64,000 bases of DNA, from contig OZ260664.1 in the NCBI GenBank assembly GCA_965285935.1, positions 4,092,001 through 4,156,000 of the forward strand, in the 5' to 3' direction. Of the stretch, positions 62,870-64,000 are shown piece after piece. Made by a program: the position numbers and the translations under genes. The notes under the pieces are model-generated. The model saw nothing but the letters and a program-made list of their open reading frames with translations. It did no database searches and had not been told where the DNA came from. Source of the stretch: Ophelia neglecta. Its lineage: Eukaryota. How positions within the stretch are numbered: position 1 is the first letter of the stretch; every line of letters begins with the position of its first letter.

Positions 62870-63730
62870 ATATTATTTGGGGGCTCCCCTTTCCCCGAAT
62901 ATGACTATGATTATATGATTTGTTCTTCAAGCAGAGATCAAGGTCAAGTTTATAGTCCTCGAAAGATTCCCTCTATATGACTCACTATTAGTGTTCAATA
63001 CCTGTGTTATACATACCTTGCACCTTGTGTCCAATACATTTGTCATTTCTAGTTTGCACCATAAGGCTATACAGAGGCTTCGAGAACTCAGATTATATAA
63101 TCTGACCTTCCAACAGAGGTCAGGGTCAATTTCTACCCATCAAAGATTCCCTGTACCTGACTTTCTATTAGTGTTCAATATATTTCTCCTGCCTATCTTG
63201 CACCATTAAGCCATACTGATGCTTTGAACATTCTGATCACATGATACGATCTTCAAGCAGCGGGGAAGGTCAAGTTTACAGCCATCAAATATTCCCTCTA
63301 TATGGCTTCCTAGTAGTGTTCAATACTTGTGTTATGCATACCTTGCACCATTAACTCATACAGTGGCTTTGAAAATTTGGATCATATCATTGGACCACCA
63401 TGCAGAGGTCAAAATCAAGTTTACACCCGTCAAAGATTCCCTGTATATGACTTCCTAGCAATAAACTTTAAAACTTTGCACATCTTGCACCAAAATGCCA
63501 TACAGATGCTTTAAAATTCAGATTATATGATTTGACCTTTTAGCAGAGGTCAATGTCAAGTTCATCGTCATTAAAATATTCCCTATATAAGATTTGCTAT
63601 TAGTGTTCACTAAAAGTGTTATGCCTATCTTGCACCATTAAGGCATAAAGAGGCTTTGAAATTTCGGATCACATGATTCACTTTTATTATATTTAATTAT
63701 GTCCCCCTACTACGTATGGTGAACATAATT
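62870..63730. mobile_element. Helentron/HINE-like non-autonomous element with 5 tandem ~145-bp core repeats
   Basis: The unit tgacctt..agcagaggtcaaggtcaag...aaagattccct.tatatgac...ttagtgttcaata...cttgcaccat recurs at about 62962, 63142, 63287, 63432 and 63575; terminal ttatgtccccc...gaacataa hairpin; adjacent TAC-rich microsatellite at 62765-62860. Confidence 0.65.
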
Positions 63731-64000
63731 AACCAATTTACTGGGGAAAACGCTTTTTTTTTACGTCAGACAGGTGCCTTAAGCATTATCTCCCGACGTG
63801 GTATTTTCTTGAATAGGCTCCATGTGTTTAAATTACTTGTGACCGCCAGTTTGGATGTGTTCAGTACATTCTATCGTGCCTAAATAAATATGCCTAATAA
63901 ATTCAAATAGGGTGGCTCGCCACCTTGATAGAGATCATCATTTGTTTAATCAAAACGTAATGACTGAGATGAGTATGACAGGCTCCATCACAAAAAAAAT

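Overview
AT-rich animal genomic DNA. The repeat families (Meta-type tRNA-SINE, Helentron-like core repeats) and the receptor family suggest a lophotrochozoan (mollusc or annelid); that assignment is inference. All four genes lie on the minus strand. Three are paralogous single-coding-exon class A GPCRs of the FMRFamide-receptor/sex-peptide-receptor/Srw-like group: 388-1497 and 26165-27214 are intact, while 56986-58072 is frameshifted. Between the second and third GPCR is a three-exon Mab-21/cGAS-like nucleotidyltransferase (cGLR) gene (46249-49349) that the ORF track splits into pieces. Reconstructed, it is about 730 aa, with an intact catalytic triad, an 18-aa tandem-repeat insert in the C-lobe and a C-terminal domain of about four transmembrane helices. 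In this copy it carries two in-frame stops and one frameshift. This membrane-fused cGLR is the most interesting item. The rest of the window is intergenic or intronic DNA with many non-autonomous transposons (CMC/EnSpm-like, pogo/Tc1-type MITEs, a piggyBac-like mini-element, a Harbinger-like MITE, a SINE, LINE remnants and a HINE-like element). No rRNA, true tRNA or CRISPR was found.
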